Part shown: positions 12,399-26,110 of the stretch, piece after piece
Layout: each line of letters opens with the position of its first letter
How positions within the stretch are numbered: the first letter of the stretch is position 1
Program-made: the position numbers and the translations under genes
Notes under the pieces: model-generated
The model's database searches: none
What the model was told of the DNA's origin: nothing
Seen by the model: the letters and a program-made list of their open reading frames with translations, nothing else
From: Octopus vulgaris
Taxonomy: Eukaryota
DNA: 64,000 nt
Assembly (NCBI GenBank): GCA_951406725.2
Contig: OX597816.1
Span: 99,758,001-99,822,000 of the forward strand
Direction: 5' to 3'

Positions 12399-13233
12399 GA
12401 AATATGTGTGTGTGTGTGCACCTACATACATATATTCTATATTTGTGAATTTTCAGACTACCTTAGGTTTCATGCATTTACAGTTTGCAATCTTCAAGTG
12501 TTCCATTTAAAAGATAATGGTTAAACCATCTCTGTTTTAGAATTGGCTACATGAGATTTCATGAGACATCAAATATTATTAGGTGGAGCAAAAGTAAAAT
12601 CAAAATACCCAGGTAATAGGAGGTAAATATTCAGAGACTTTGGCAGTTTATACTTTCTTTACACTTATATTGATTTTGAAAGTGGTAGTAAAATGCTAAT
12701 ATATATTCTTCTCTGTTATTAGCAGTTTATGGCATACATAATCTTGCAGTAAGTGTGCATGCCCAAGCAAAACTAAAAGAAATATTCATTTACATGGGAT
12801 GTGTATTTCGGATTTCGCTTTGTACCATCTGATAACATTTGAAATCTTGTGAAATCTCACATAACCAAACCAGAATAGAGAGAAAGATTACCATCGTTTT
12901 GTAAGTGGAACACTTGAAAGTTGTAAATCTTATGTACTTGAAACCAAAGGTGGCATAAAAAAAAATGCACAAGTAAAGGAGGCATTTATCCAGCAGTGCA
13001 ATGTTGTGTACTTCTCAAGGTTAGCTGGTAACATATATAGGTATATATGTGAATGTGTGTGTGTGTAGATTCAAATGAATATGGTACTTAAGTTAGGGCA
13101 CCAGACTTTAGTAACTTCTATGCTGAAGTAGAGACAACATGTTCTTTGTCTATCTACTTAACTTCTTGGAGATTTTAGGTATTATTATACTAATGTGTCC
13201 ATCTGTTTCATTTTAATTAAATTCTATGTCTTT

Positions 13234-13322
13234 GTGCAGCTGAAGATTGCTCTACATTTTCAATTGATGTAATGATTGCATTGTCCAATTAAATGGAGTT
13301 GCATGAAACGATTGTACTGCAT
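13234..13322 (+). ncRNA. Type I hammerhead motif with extended helix II
   Basis: gtgcag CTGAAGA ttgc...(~50 nt, partly self-complementary)...gcat GAAAC gatt GTA|ctgcat; helix I is gtgcag/ctgcat; followed by a pLTR-like end and (TA)n. Confidence 0.7.
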
Positions 13323-13370
13323 TACCTCTGGATATCCTTGTTTCTTATTTTGATGTGTATATATATATAT

Positions 13371-13428
13371 GTCCAACCCATGCTAGCATGGAGAACGGAC
13401 GTTAAACGACGATGATGATGATGATGAT
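13371..13428 (+). mobile_element. Extremely 5'-truncated RTE 3' end with (GAT)n tail, inserted in (TA)n
   Basis: gtccaacccatgctagcatggagaacggacgttaaacga is identical to 12144-12182. Confidence 0.85.
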
Positions 13429-13437
13429 ATATATATA

Positions 13438-13755
13438 TAATACAAAGTAGAGGAAAATTAAAGTGCAAATCCTAGGCAGTCAACCAAATTCCCAAAAGCA
13501 TAAATGAAGATATTCAATCAATGTAATTGAATCATATATATTTATACACATCAACATAAATAATGCATGTATAGGTGTAAAGATTCTCCAAGGGTATAAA
13601 GAACAAAACCAAACACATAAAAATACAGGAGAGATATAAAACATATAAAAATACATATAAAATCACATATAAATAAGGATTACATGTAAAAAGTTAAGCA
13701 TGATACAGGTTGACTGCCAAGGATTTGTGTTTTCATTTTCTTCTACTTTGTATTA
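13438..13755. repeat. Element with ~48 bp imperfect terminal inverted repeats
   Basis: taatacaaagtagaggaaaattaaagtgcaaatcctaggcagtcaacc ... ggttgactgccaaggatttgtgttttcattttcttctactttgtatta. Confidence 0.75.
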
Positions 13756-13811
13756 TTTTGCTTTAGCTCTCTATGAGCACTCCATAAATAGCCCATACTT
13801 TCTATAACATA

Positions 13812-13855
<44 letters not shown>

Positions 13856-13894
13856 TTATATGTATATATGTAAGTATAAATATGTATGTATGTG

Positions 13895-13941
<47 letters not shown>

Positions 13942-13996
13942 GCATATATATATGTATATGTAAACATACATTCATATATATGTACAAACATATATG

Positions 13997-14035
<39 letters not shown>

Positions 14036-14036
14036 T

Positions 14037-14072
<36 letters not shown>

Positions 14073-14096
14073 GATATATATATATATATATATACA

Positions 14097-14800
14097 TATC
14101 ATTATCATCATCGTTTAACATCCATTTTCCATGCTGGCATGAGTTGGACGGTTCAACTGGGGTCTGGGAAGCCAGGAGTCTGCACCAGGCTTCAGTCTTA
14201 TCTAGCAGTGTTTCTATAGCTGGATGCCCTTCCTAATGCCAACCACTCCAAGAACGTAGTGGGTGCTTTTTTACACGCCACTAGCACAGGAGCCAGAGGG
14301 GGTAGGCATCAACCACAATCGGATGGTGCTTTATATGTGCCACTGGCACAGAAGCCAGTCAAGGTGGTGCTGCATCGTCCACATTCGGATGGTGCTTTCT
14401 ACATTCCACCAGCATGGGTATCACAATTACAATTTCCATTTGAATGTGATTTTATTTGATTTTGATGTACTTGACTCAATAGGTCTCCTCAAGCACAGCA
14501 TGTTGTCCTACGATCCAAGGAACTTTTGGGTGGGCTGGTTATGCGACACTGGTGTGGGTTACAGCTGTGAACTCACTTTATTTACCAGGTCTTCTCAGTC
14601 ACAGCATATCTCCAGAGGTCTCAGTGTTTTGTCATTGTGAGGCCCAACATTTGAAGCTCATGCTTCAGCACCTCATCGCAAGTCCTCCTGGGTCTTCCTC
14701 TACTCCGGATTTCTTCCTGTGTGTGGGAGTGGCACTTCTTCACACAGCTCTCCTCATCCACCTGTAGTACAAGACCATACTAACGCAAATGTCTCTCTTG
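14097..14800 (-). mobile_element. Degenerate 5'-truncated RTE LINE
   Basis: Reverse-complement homology to 11440-12204 and direct homology to 55989-56630; (CAT)n tail at ~14097. Confidence 0.85.
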
Positions 14801-15567
14801 CTGACATTGAAAACATGTAAAATGATGATGATGATGATATAAACATGCATTCTTACATACATACAGTGTAAAAATATACCTCGTACAGATATGTTCAAGC
14901 ATAAGATGTATTGAGTTACCAAACTAGTTTCCTTCAAATAAATTATCTACTTGAATAACGACTTTCCTAATGAAAGCCATGTAATTACTGCTTCAGGTTT
15001 AACAAAATAAACATGTTCCTCAGAGTTTTATTCTTTAGAATTCGGTTTACTATTTGTTTATCTTGTAATTGCTGCATTTTAATTGTTCATGTTATAATTT
15101 GTGTTTACACTTTGGTTCAGTTCAGAATATATGCATGAGTGTAAGTATATTTGCATGTTCCCATGCAAACACACACACTCAGAAATATGCATTTGTGTGT
15201 GAATATATGTATTTAAATTAATATGTATATATATCATAATATATAAATTTGAAAATACACAAAATCTTGTGTAAAGGATGTGTGTGTGTGCTTGTGGCTA
15301 TGTGTATGTGTGTTGTGTTTGTGGCTATGTGTGTGTGTGTCTGTACGTCTGTCAGTCTGTTTGTCCGTCTGTTTGTCTGTCTGTCCACATGTGTGTGTAT
15401 AGTAAGCAAGCATGTATATAAACAAAGATGAACCAAAAGAAAGAAAATTGTCAAATGCAAATGGTGATCAAATTGCAATCCTTAGCCAATGTTTGTTCAT
15501 GTTTACAATTAAACTTCCTCTTTGATACCAAATATTCCAAAAGTAAATATTGTAACAATCAATCAAT

Positions 15568-15629
<62 letters not shown>

Positions 15630-15775
15630 ATAAATATGCATATTTAAATATTTGTGCATATGTGTATGCACATATACAGATACATGCATGCACACACACA
15701 TACACACACACATATATATGTATATACGATATACTTAGGTATTTAAATATATATGTACATATATGTATGCATATG

Positions 15776-15823
<48 letters not shown>

Positions 15824-16217
15824 CATATATATGTGTGTGTGTGTGTATATACATACATACATATATACATATATATAAGTGTGTCTATATATATATATAA
15901 ACACATACACTCACACACACATATGCAATCTATAATTTATCTACCACCCTCACTCTCTCATTCTCTCTCACTTTCTATATTGTTGTCTCTGTCTGCCTAT
16001 GTACTTGTAGTGTACATGTACAACCATATCAGTATAGACATATGCCTTCATAATCATACTCAAAACATGTTCTATGGCTTTGTCTGGGAAGTAAGAAATA
16101 AGTTTCATTGCTTTAGATAGAGTTTATTTAGTACATTTTAGTTGAAAGAACACAATAATTCCACACATGCATACTCATATACAAATGTGTGTGTATGTGT
16201 ATATATTTGTACATATA

Positions 16218-16443
16218 CAGTAAACCCTCGACTTTACATTCCCAAACCCCTGCGATAGGTGAAAATTGGCAAAGTAGAAACAGTACTGTACTGTATATTT
16301 TCTTAATTTATTTTTATAATTTGTACATATTTATCTTATTATAAATGCAAAACAACACCACAGAGGAATCAACATAAACTTAAATAATAAACTGTGATAG
16401 GTGAACCATGACAGGTGAACCGTGATATGGCGAGGAATTACTG
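16218..16443. mobile_element. pogo/Tigger-type MITE
   Basis: TIRs cagtaaaccctcg ... cgaggaattactg, preceded by TA. Confidence 0.7.
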
Positions 16444-18004
16444 AGCCATATATATATGAACTATTGTACATGTTTTAATGGCATTTGGGTAAATGTCTTC
16501 TACTATAGCCCTTGGCTGACCAAAGCCTTCTGAGTGGATTTGTTAGATGGAAACTGAAAGAAACCCAATTCTATATAAATCTAATATATAAATCCCATTC
16601 TATCTGTCTGTTTTTTGTGCATTTATAACTCGAGTACTGTTCATCTGATCGTGCTGAAATTTTAAGCATGGATACATGAGAGAGCAGGGCATTCCATAAT
16701 TTAAAAAGATTTTCAAAATTGTCAGTTTCAAAGTGAGAATCGCTAGTTTTGTAATATTTTTGTCCTGTTTCTTCCACCATCTTGTTCATTAACTGACGTT
16801 CTAAACAATTCATTTCTACTTTTTCACATTTATATGACAGATATATACAAATAAAGCTTACTATTTGTAAATACAGTCTCATTTTGATTTAAATATTAGA
16901 CCACGAACAACTGTATTCATTTCTGCGTTTTCACATGTTTGTAAGCAGCTAAAAAAATTTATATCACTTTAACTTTAATTAACTGTAATCAACCACGAGC
17001 ATTCGCAGTCTTACAGCTGTTTTTCATACAATAAACCAGCTGACATGAAAATCTACAAGGAAAAGGCAGTTACCTTAAATGAGCAAAAAAGTGAAAATAA
17101 AGCAAATAAATAACTGGTGATTACTCAATTTTCTGAAGATATTCTCAACAAAATTCAATTGAAAGTAGAAAAGACTAATTGATTACTTATAACATGTGAA
17201 AAATTAAGGGGGCAGGGTTACATCTAAAACCTTGCCTAAAGTTTCTCATCCAACTTTAAAAAATAAGTGGTATTGTTCAATTTTTGAGATGAAATTGATT
17301 TGCAAAGAATATGCCTTATGTTATTTTATTGCACATTGTGTTATTTCACCCCCAAGTTTCAACTCTTTTTGTGTCAGTTTTTGAGAGAAGAGAGACTTCC
17401 CTAAGCATTTTTGCACCTTTATTGAATAGCAGTTTCTATTTGCCTGTCCATCGAGTGATTTTTTTATTTGAAATTAATGTTACTTATCTCATATTTCTAA
17501 CCACTACGCTAGTGAAATTTGAAATAAAATACATAAAGCAACAGTCATCAAATGCAAAAGCTAGAGAACTGTTTATTGCTTAAACATTACTTGCAATATT
17601 CACTTTGGAGATAATACAGTATTCAGTCTGACGTAAAGGTGTCAACATGAGGTATGTACTATGGAAGAGTATATTGTGCTTATCCTAATGTGAAACTGCT
17701 TGAGTGCAAAAACTTTAAGGTTAATTATGATGTCTGACTCCACTGGACGTTGTATATATTGTGGGCTGAATAGCTTTCCTTCATTTTATTAGCCTCATGA
17801 CAATTTTGAAAAGGTTCACTGCGTTAAGATTCACTATCAATCAATTTTCCATATTTAGAAGAAACAGTCAACAGTTTTAACGTCTCAGGAATCTTTAATT
17901 CCCTAACCAAAAGTAACAACTCCATACAAACACCAAACATCTCCACAACTTAACACGGTCCAAGTTAACCCTCTTCACCTATACAAACTGTCTAAATGAT
18001 GCGG

Positions 18005-18300
18005 GGGGAGGCGTTTGCTAGTATATACATAATATGTGTTTGTGTGTGTGTGTGCACGCACACATACACACACACAAGTATCTATATGTGAGTGTATCTT
18101 TGTGTTTGTTCCCAACCACAGCTTGACAACTAGTGTTGGTTTGTCTTCATCCCTATAACTTAGCACTTCAGCTAAAAAGACCCATAAAATAAATACCAGA
18201 CTTTAAAAAAAATAATTTCTGAGGTTGACTCAGCTAACTAAATCCCTTCAAGGCAGAACCCCAACATGGCCACAGTCGAATGACTGAAACAAGTAAAAGA
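18005..18300 (+). mobile_element. Partial SINE, 3' half of the 20491 family
   Basis: Homologous to 20650-20890 (catggccacagtcgaatgactgaaacaagtaaaaga). Confidence 0.75.
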
Positions 18301-20490
18301 TGCCTTCTCCTCATGATTTTCCTTCTCAAACTGATCCAGTTCACTTTACCTATTAAAAATATTTCGTTTTTATTATTTGAAATTTCAAGTTGTATCCCTT
18401 GTTTTCCTTCACCAGAATTAGCCATTGAAGATAACACTTCTTTTTTTCCTCATATGAGTGTACTTTCAACAGATCAAACATTATTTTGGTTCACTAAATT
18501 AAGCTACTAATAGCCCTACTATATTTAACTTTACTTTAAAAACTTGGATTGATATTTTCTAGGGGCTAGAACCCATATAAACCTAGTATGATTTTTAAAC
18601 TAATGTATCTATCACTAATTAAAATATATTTGAATACCCCATTGTTCATGGCATAATAGCAGTGGAGGTGTATACTAAGTAATAGTTGATGAGTTAAGTC
18701 TGTATAGATACACATGGTCACCAAGAGAGCAACAAAATTGATTAGATGTCAAAATATGAGATGTGTTGTTGTTATTACAGTTATGATTTTTAGGAGAATT
18801 AACCTTGTCACTGGATACAAAATATTATTTCGTATTTACTATGGTTTGATCTATATTGTACTGTTGCTATGCTGACTGCTATTTTTTGTGTTAGTGATCC
18901 ACAGTTGTACATTGAAGAAGACAATGAAATCTATTGAGACTTTTGACAAACAAACTTTTATTCTTTTTATACGCAAGCAAAAGTGAAATACTGTTGTTAT
19001 TATGAACGACAGATATTGAGAGAGAGTTGTTATGTTATTGTTCTTGGTGTAATTCTAATAGTATTCAAAAAGGTAACTGCTAATTGTTGTGTTGCTGTGG
19101 TTGGTAGTTCATTATGCTAATGTCAGCTTGGTTCAGCCACTGCCTGCATCTGTTCACTGTCCATCTACCATGTTATTTCATGCTTTTTCCTCTACTTCCC
19201 AAAGCTCTCTCTGGTAGTCATGGTTTGTCACTTTTATACAGATTGATGGCACAGAAAGAGGCATGCCAGCAGTTGAAATTGTTACAGGAGCCTATTCCAA
19301 ATGAGGTTATGCTTGGCCAGATTTTGTTGATCATGTGGGTAATATTCTAGTGAATCACAACATCAAGTAATTGCAGAATATTCCTGCTACATTTTCATCA
19401 CCAGTTGTCATGAGATTCGTATTCTTGGTTATGTAGATGATACAGGCATCAAAGGCTTAGTGAATAAGAAAATCATTACTCTTATTTTAGAAATAATGGT
19501 TCGTAATTCAATTCCAGACTGGTACTATGTACACATTCAGGAATAAAACATATAATGAAGATTGGAGAGCAAAATGATGAAAGTGTCATGCAATGTAAAT
19601 ACTGAATAAAAAAAATATTCTTTTCTAAAGATGAGGTGAACATACAAAAATGATTATTGAATCAATAGAAGAGATGATTTTTTTTCCTCAATACTTGATA
19701 AGAATAAATTTGAAAAGTATAGAGATATATTTCCTTATGTGTTATACCGAAGATCTTAATCCATAAACAGGTTTCACTTTTTTGAGCAAGATAACTGTGT
19801 AAAACTCAGATATAGAATGACATCTTGACATATGAAAAGATTTTTAGATTCTACATACTTTTACTAAAGTTGAATTTTGAACAGTCTTGTGTTTTTGCAT
19901 CAACAGATAAAAAAACATTGTATATGCATACATACAATACATATATATTTTACACCGATTTTCCTATGCTGGCATACAAAGAACAGACACTTGAGGCAGT
20001 ATTGTTGCATACTCATACTTGATTTTGAAGTAAGGGTTTTCTTTTTTTTTCACAAAACATTAAAACAGTACAGTTACAGAATGTAGTGTTCACTGGGAAT
20101 ATAAACATGGTAAAACCACTTTTAGCTGAGGTGGTTTCATGTGAGGAAGTGAAAATGACAACTTCATGCACACACACACATATACACATGCTTATAGATA
20201 CATACAAACAAGCACACACACACACACATATCATACTCTTCCTCATCATCAACATTTTAACATCTATTTTTCCATACACGTATGGGCTGGATCGTATGTG
20301 TGTGCATGTGTGTATGCATGTGTGTGCGTGTGTGTGTGTGTGTGTGTCTGCATGCATGCATGTGAGTATAGGTGGGTGTATGTGTGTACAGAAAACATTT
20401 CTAAATATCTATAGGAATTGTTCTTTAAAATTGTTCTTTAAATATCTATAGGAATTGTTCTTTAAATGTGTTTTAAAGTAAATGTTTTTA

Positions 20491-20897
20491 GGCATAGGAG
20501 GGGCTGTGTGGTAAGTAGCTTACTTACCAACCACATGGTTCCGGGTTCAGTCCCACTGCGTGGCACCTTGGGCAAGTGTCTTCTGCTATAGCGTTGGACC
20601 CACCAAAGCCTTGTGAGTGGATTTGGTAGACGGAAATTGAAAGAAGCCCGTCGTATATATGTATATATATATGTGTGTGTGTATATGTTTGTGTGTCTGT
20701 GTTTGTTCCCTCAACATCGCTTGACAGCAGATGCTGGTGTGTTTACGTCCCCGTAACTTAGTGGTTCAGCAAAAGATACCGATAGATTAAGTACTAGGCT
20801 TACAAAGAATAAGTCCTGGGGGCGATTTGCTCGACTAAAGGTGGTGCTCCAGCATGGCCGCAGTCAAATGACTGAAACGAGTAAAAGAGTAAAAGAG
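20491..20897 (+). mobile_element. Full-length tRNA-derived SINE (family A)
   Basis: tRNA-like head with A/B-box-like motifs (ggctgtgtggtaag...gggttcagtccc), ccttgggcaagtgtctt, internal (TA/TG)n and (gtaaaaga)n tail; second full copy at 52091-52529. Confidence 0.9.
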
Positions 20898-21336
20898 AGC
20901 CAACACTGAGATTACTAACAAAAATATAAACAAATGTCTTGTAGATATTTCTTCCAGAAGCAAAATAGAAGGAGTTGACATGATATAGCTTGAAACCTTT
21001 TTTGGTTCTCTCAGGAAGCCATAAAACACAAATTAAGTACTATAATGAACACATTTCAACTGTATACAAACAAGGATGGTCACTGCTTGAAAGTTTTTGA
21101 TTACAGGTCCACTCCTTCAGGATAAAACAACAACCAGAGCGTCATCATCTTACCAGCCATTTATTGCCGGCAGAGGTCATGAGAACTGCATCCATTACTG
21201 GACCTGAGTTAAACTAATAAAGATACTGGTGATACAGCACATGGTTAGAATCAATATCATGGAAATAATAAGGATCTATTATTTGATCGTAGACAAATCT
21301 ATACTCAAGAGTTATGTAAAACCTCTTCACATATAA

Positions 21337-21553
21337 TTGTTAGTTTCAAATCTTGGCACAAGGCCAGCCATTTTGGGGGAGGGGTTAAGTCATTTACATC
21401 AATCCCATTGTTCAACTGGTACTTATTTTATGGACCATGAAAGGATGAAAGGCAAAGTGCACATTAGTGAAATTTGAACTCAGAATGTACAGACAGACGA
21501 AATGCCACTAAGCATTTTATCCAGCATGCTAATGATTTTGCCAGCTCATCACT
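21337..21553 (-). mobile_element. tRNA-derived SINE, family B (Meta-domain-like)
   Basis: gaaaggatgaaaggcaaagt...atttgaactcagaa is shared with 29872, 32985, 36866 and 53600. Confidence 0.8.
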
Positions 21554-22403
21554 TTAGTCACATACAGTTATTAAGGACAAGTCACATGATCTTACCAGAC
21601 AGCCAGTAAGAAAGCTTAATTTTTTTTTTAGAATAGGGGTCTAATCTGCTTCAACTCACACAATAGATATGCTTCATGAAGATTGAACTGGGATTAAATA
21701 GCAAGAACCATACAGCTAATACGAATAATAACAAGAATCATACAGATTGAAAGCATTTGAAATTCATGAGGTCATCTCCAATCACTAAAAAAATTGTAGA
21801 ATCTGAAATCAGTCCCAGAATTTTGGGCTTTAAGATTTTAGAAAGATTAGCACTCAAATTGTTAACCTATACTAAAATTCAAGAATTCTATAGAAACTCA
21901 GGTTATCAAATTCTGTACTTATGGAAGCTGTAAAGTAAAACAACTTATTTTAGGATTTGGCCTGCAATTTCACCGCATAGAAACTCAGGGATGAATTATA
22001 ATTATTCTAACACAATTTCAAGAATATTTAAAAGCTAAAATCAACATGTGTGTGTGTGACTGTGTGTGCATGCATAAATGTATATATATATATGTGTGTG
22101 TGTGTATGTGTATATACACATACATATATATATTTATACATATACACACATACCATTTTCAACTTTTTCTATCCTGAAGCAATTTTCAATCCAATATTTA
22201 CATGCTATTATTTGAAGCCTTATATGTAATTTGTGATCCAGTTCTCTCAAATGATTATAAATTCTTACGCCATCAACAATATATTTATACACACACACAC
22301 ACATATACACATACATATACATTTACATATTTATATATCATTTTCATCATTGTTTAACATCTGTTTTCCATGTGGGCATGGGTTATAAATATATATATAT
22401 ATA

Positions 22404-22834
22404 TCTTTATATATATAAAACTGAGAATGTGTATCTGTCTGTCTGTGTGTTTCCCTAAAACTTGAGAACTACACAACCAATTTCATTCAAATTTTACACA
22501 TGCCTTACTTAGGGTTCATGTAGTTTCATGGGCAAAAAAAATTAAAAATACCCCTCCACCCAGAAGTAGAGGTAGGCTGGATTGTAGCCACACTTCTATA
22601 CAAGAGGGAGGACAAGATACAATTGATCGAAATTACAAGAGACGGGCTAACAATTCCGGTCTGTTATATATTTTGAGTATTGTTATCACTAGCGATATCA
22701 AGATATAACTTTGTATTTTGTATTTTATGTGTAGATGTATATATATAGATGTACATGTAATATGTACACATATATATACACATATGTACATGCACTAGCA
22801 CTATGACCCGGCAATGACGGGTCTTCAATGCTAG
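22404..22834 (+). mobile_element. Non-autonomous Helitron
   Basis: A|TC 5' start (tctttatatatataaaactg..(tctg)n), 3' hairpin gacccg-gcaatga-cgggtc, CTAG|T end. Confidence 0.8.
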
Positions 22835-22854
22835 TATAGATATATATGACATTC

Positions 22855-23487
22855 TAGTCTCACGCCATTTCCGCTCCACCGGTCACTCCTTGCAACACCT
22901 GTCTGTGTTTGGATTGTCCTTGCACAGAGGCCATCCGGATTCCTGCTTGCGCCGTGAACAGGGATTAATCTTCTCTCTTCGCTCTTTTACGCCATTTGGG
23001 CTCAACTCCCCCCCTTTTTTTTTTCATCTAACCTCCCCCCGACTCCTACTTCTCTTCAGTCCTTCATCTTTTCACCCCTACTCTCTTTCCCTCCTCTTCC
23101 CTTCTTTCTCTTCCTCTTCTCTCCCCCTCCCCTCCTCTCTTCCCCCCCTCTCACTCTCCCCACAACCCCCACTCTACCCCATCCAAACCCACACCCCACA
23201 CGTTTTGGAAGTCACTTGACTCTGTTATCTCCCCTACTGTCCCTCCAGTGTCTAACATCGACCTCTGACCTCTGCCTGAAGTCAGAATGCCATGATAGAT
23301 TGTTAGCTCCTACACACATTTTTTTCTCTCCTTGTTTTTTTTCTGTGTATCTTTCTGTCGAAGAGCATAGGCTCGAAACGTAAAAGACTTGTTCTATTTC
23401 TATTCCTGAGTGCCATACTCATACATTTGTTTTATTTGTACTCCACCTGCCTTTGTCTTTTGTTTATTTTCGTAAACCTTCCCGTTA
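22855..23487 (+). mobile_element. 3' end of a Penelope-like element (GIY-YIG C-terminus and pLTR)
   Basis: SRHFRSTGHSLQHLSVFGL...LRREQGLIFSLRSFTPFGLN matches the PLE H-F..HS..E..I..L..P.GLN terminus; hammerhead motif downstream; ends in (TA)n. Confidence 0.85.
23350..23387 (+). ncRNA. Minimal hammerhead motif with variant core CUGUCGAA
   Basis: tcttt CTGTCGAA gagc atag gctc GAAACGTA|aaaga; helix I 5 bp, helix II 4 bp. Confidence 0.7.
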
Positions 23488-23834
23488 TATATATATATGA
23501 GTGAGTTTGGAGGGATGTATTATCTGGCTGGGTACCGTATTAGTTCTCAGTTAAGTTCCAGTTAACAGCTAACCCCCAAAGATCAGTATTTAACATCTGT
23601 AACTACAATTAGTTGTTAGTCACTCCATAAATTCTTCTGATGGGTAATTCCATGTACTCTTCACTGGACAGTAAAAATTGTCTGGAGTATATATTGTATC
23701 AGTGGAGTATACATTGCAACAGTGTGTTGCTACAGTGGAAGCACATGTAGGTCATTATAATACGCTGCATGTAACTATAAAATAAATTTTGTGGATGTAC
23801 ATGTCTCCACATTCTTTATTATTATTAGTATATA

Positions 23835-23841
23835 TATATGC

Positions 23842-23880
<39 letters not shown>

Positions 23881-23989
23881 TGTATATATATATATATATA
23901 TATATATGCATGTATATATATATATATGCAAGTATATATATATATATGCATGTATATATATATATATGCAAGTATATATATATATATGC

Positions 23990-24026
<37 letters not shown>

Positions 24027-24058
24027 TGTATATGCATATATATATATATATATATATA
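23835..24058. repeat. Compound minisatellite (TA)n-TGCA(T/A)G
   Basis: Repeated tatatatatgcatg/gcaag units. Confidence 0.9.
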
Positions 24059-24334
24059 CACTCACACATATACATATACATTTCATGATTTTAGTTTTCA
24101 AATATAAAATTATAAAATTCATAAGGGTAAAATTATAGGACTCATTTCAGGAGTGATTATACTTTACAATTTCCATAATTACTATATTCCACAGCCAGAG
24201 TTTCCATAATGCAGGAAATTGTATTTTTGTATAGGCTTAGAATCTGAATGTCTGCTGTTAATATTTATATTAACATGTATATACATGCATCTCTCTCTCT
24301 CTCTCTCCGTTTGTATAGATATATACATATATAT

Positions 24335-26110
24335 ACCATATGTACTCAACTATAAAATGCCCTCGCCTATAAGACACTCTTAAAATCAGGAATTTTATCA
24401 TTGACCCAGCTATAAGTTGCAGCAACTTTTTTGATGTTGGAGAGCAAAGTTCAATTAGGAATCACACTGACATAGTTGTTGCTTGGTAACTGAGCTTTCA
24501 GTACATTGAAGATGACTCAGAACAACTGCTATCCCATTAAGTCCATGCATTTTAGAAACCTTTGTTTATAATGTAAAATCTTGTCCTTGATAACACTAGT
24601 TGGCTTGTTTATCATATTGAGACTTAATTGCCTCGATACTTTCCCTTTACTTTTTGATTTATGCCTTTCATTATTAAAACATTTTTGCAGCACTGAACAC
24701 ACAAAACCATGCAGTAATATGTGCCATGATTGGAAAAAAATGCAATAAGCTGTTTTAAATTGTAAGGAAGTGTATGAAACATTGTGACAAAAATCGAAAG
24801 AATAAATGAAGGAAGTATTGAGTTATACTAATCATCCCTTTCACCAAATAACTGGTAAAACTCCTCGGTTATGATGGTCTCGTTGTATACACTCTGAACC
24901 TTCTCTTCACTTGCCTGATCTTCATTAACTGACAAAGCACTGGGACTAGCATTTCTTGCACAGACGAAGTCATTATAAGTCATCTTCTGTACCATCCATG
25001 GAATTTGAGATCCCGCACTTCAAAAATGATTTCATCACAAGTCCACTCGGTATTTCAGCCAATGAATCTATCACCCACTAGCAAACAGTCTTAAGGTCAG
25101 GGTGTTCAAAGTTCCCAGTCTTTGTCATTTCCTTGTCACTATTAATCATCCATTCATTCCACTTGGCATGCATGTTCACCTTAGAAGGCTTGTTCACTGA
25201 CACGTCATGTGGCTGAAGCACAGATGTACATCTTCCTAGATTCACAGCTTGGTAGGTACAATGCTCCTTTAATCTATTTTTTTATGCTGTCAATCACATG
25301 AACCCTGAACATATCCCATACAAGAAGCAACTTTGAATTAAGCATAGTCCCTGGGTGCTTGAATCACTCATCGTTTAACCATTTCGTCAATATGGTTTCA
25401 TCTACTCACCCTTTCTCCTGAACATACACCACTATGCCCTTCGGAAACCTCTCTTTCGGGAAAGTCTTTCTTTTGAAAACAACAGCCAGGGTAAGTTTCA
25501 TGCCATCAGCTATACAAACTAAAACTGGTGTAGTGGGCCTTGTCACTGAAATTGTGTTTTTCCCTTTAACGACAACTTTCCAAGTCCAACCATATTGGGA
25601 AAAAAGGGGTGCCACGTCCATATTACTGATTGCTTCCAAAGCAAACTCATGGCTCTTTTGTAGGTCTTTTACATACCGATAGAAGGAATCAACTTTGGTC
25701 TCTACGTCGGCAGATAATTTCTGTGTAATATGAATCCTCTGTCTCAGCCTAAGATTGTTACATTTTATAAACCTTGTACACCAGCTAGGGGATGCTTTAA
25801 AGTTGGATATACCATCTTCTTTAGTCACTTGGAGAGCCCACAATCTAATGATGTTTCTTGTGACAAGTCCATTCGTGCACAATTCAGTCACCAAGTCTAT
25901 CAAAATAGTTTCCATCTCCTTATTGGGATTGTCATATTCTAATTTTCTTTAATGATTTGATGTCACCAGATTTCATTTTCGCTTCTTTCAAAAGTAAATC
26001 TGTGACCATTTTTTCTGCAGCTCAATTCGAATGTGACTTTGCATATTCAACAACTTTCAGCTTGAAAGTGATATCATACAAATGGCTATGAATTGTTATT
26101 ACTACATATG
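24335..26110 (-). mobile_element. Decayed pogo-family DNA transposon (Brinker-type DBD, CENP-B HTH and DDE_1 transposase)
   Basis: YDITFKLKVVEYAK..; FKASPSWCTRFIKCNNLRLRQRIHITQKL; ISNMD..PL; VLVCIADGMKL..VVFKRK..P..IVVYVQEKG; FKKCGISNSMDGTEDDL; stops and frameshifts; pogo-like TIR taccatatgtactcaactataa at 24334. Confidence 0.9.

Noticed and set aside
17128-17183. CTGAAGA...GAAAGTA hammerhead-like words
   Set aside because: No convincing helix II or III, helix I only U/A-run pairing, and no PLE context
20399-20466. Short tandem duplication (aaatatctataggaattgttctttaaa)
   Set aside because: Ordinary slippage duplication
20491-20565. tRNA-like sequence
   Set aside because: It is the SINE head, continuous with the SINE body; no complete cloverleaf
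25406-25915. Domesticated POGK-like gene
   Set aside because: Flanking transposase sequence has stops and frameshifts and a TIR remnant, so this is a dead transposon
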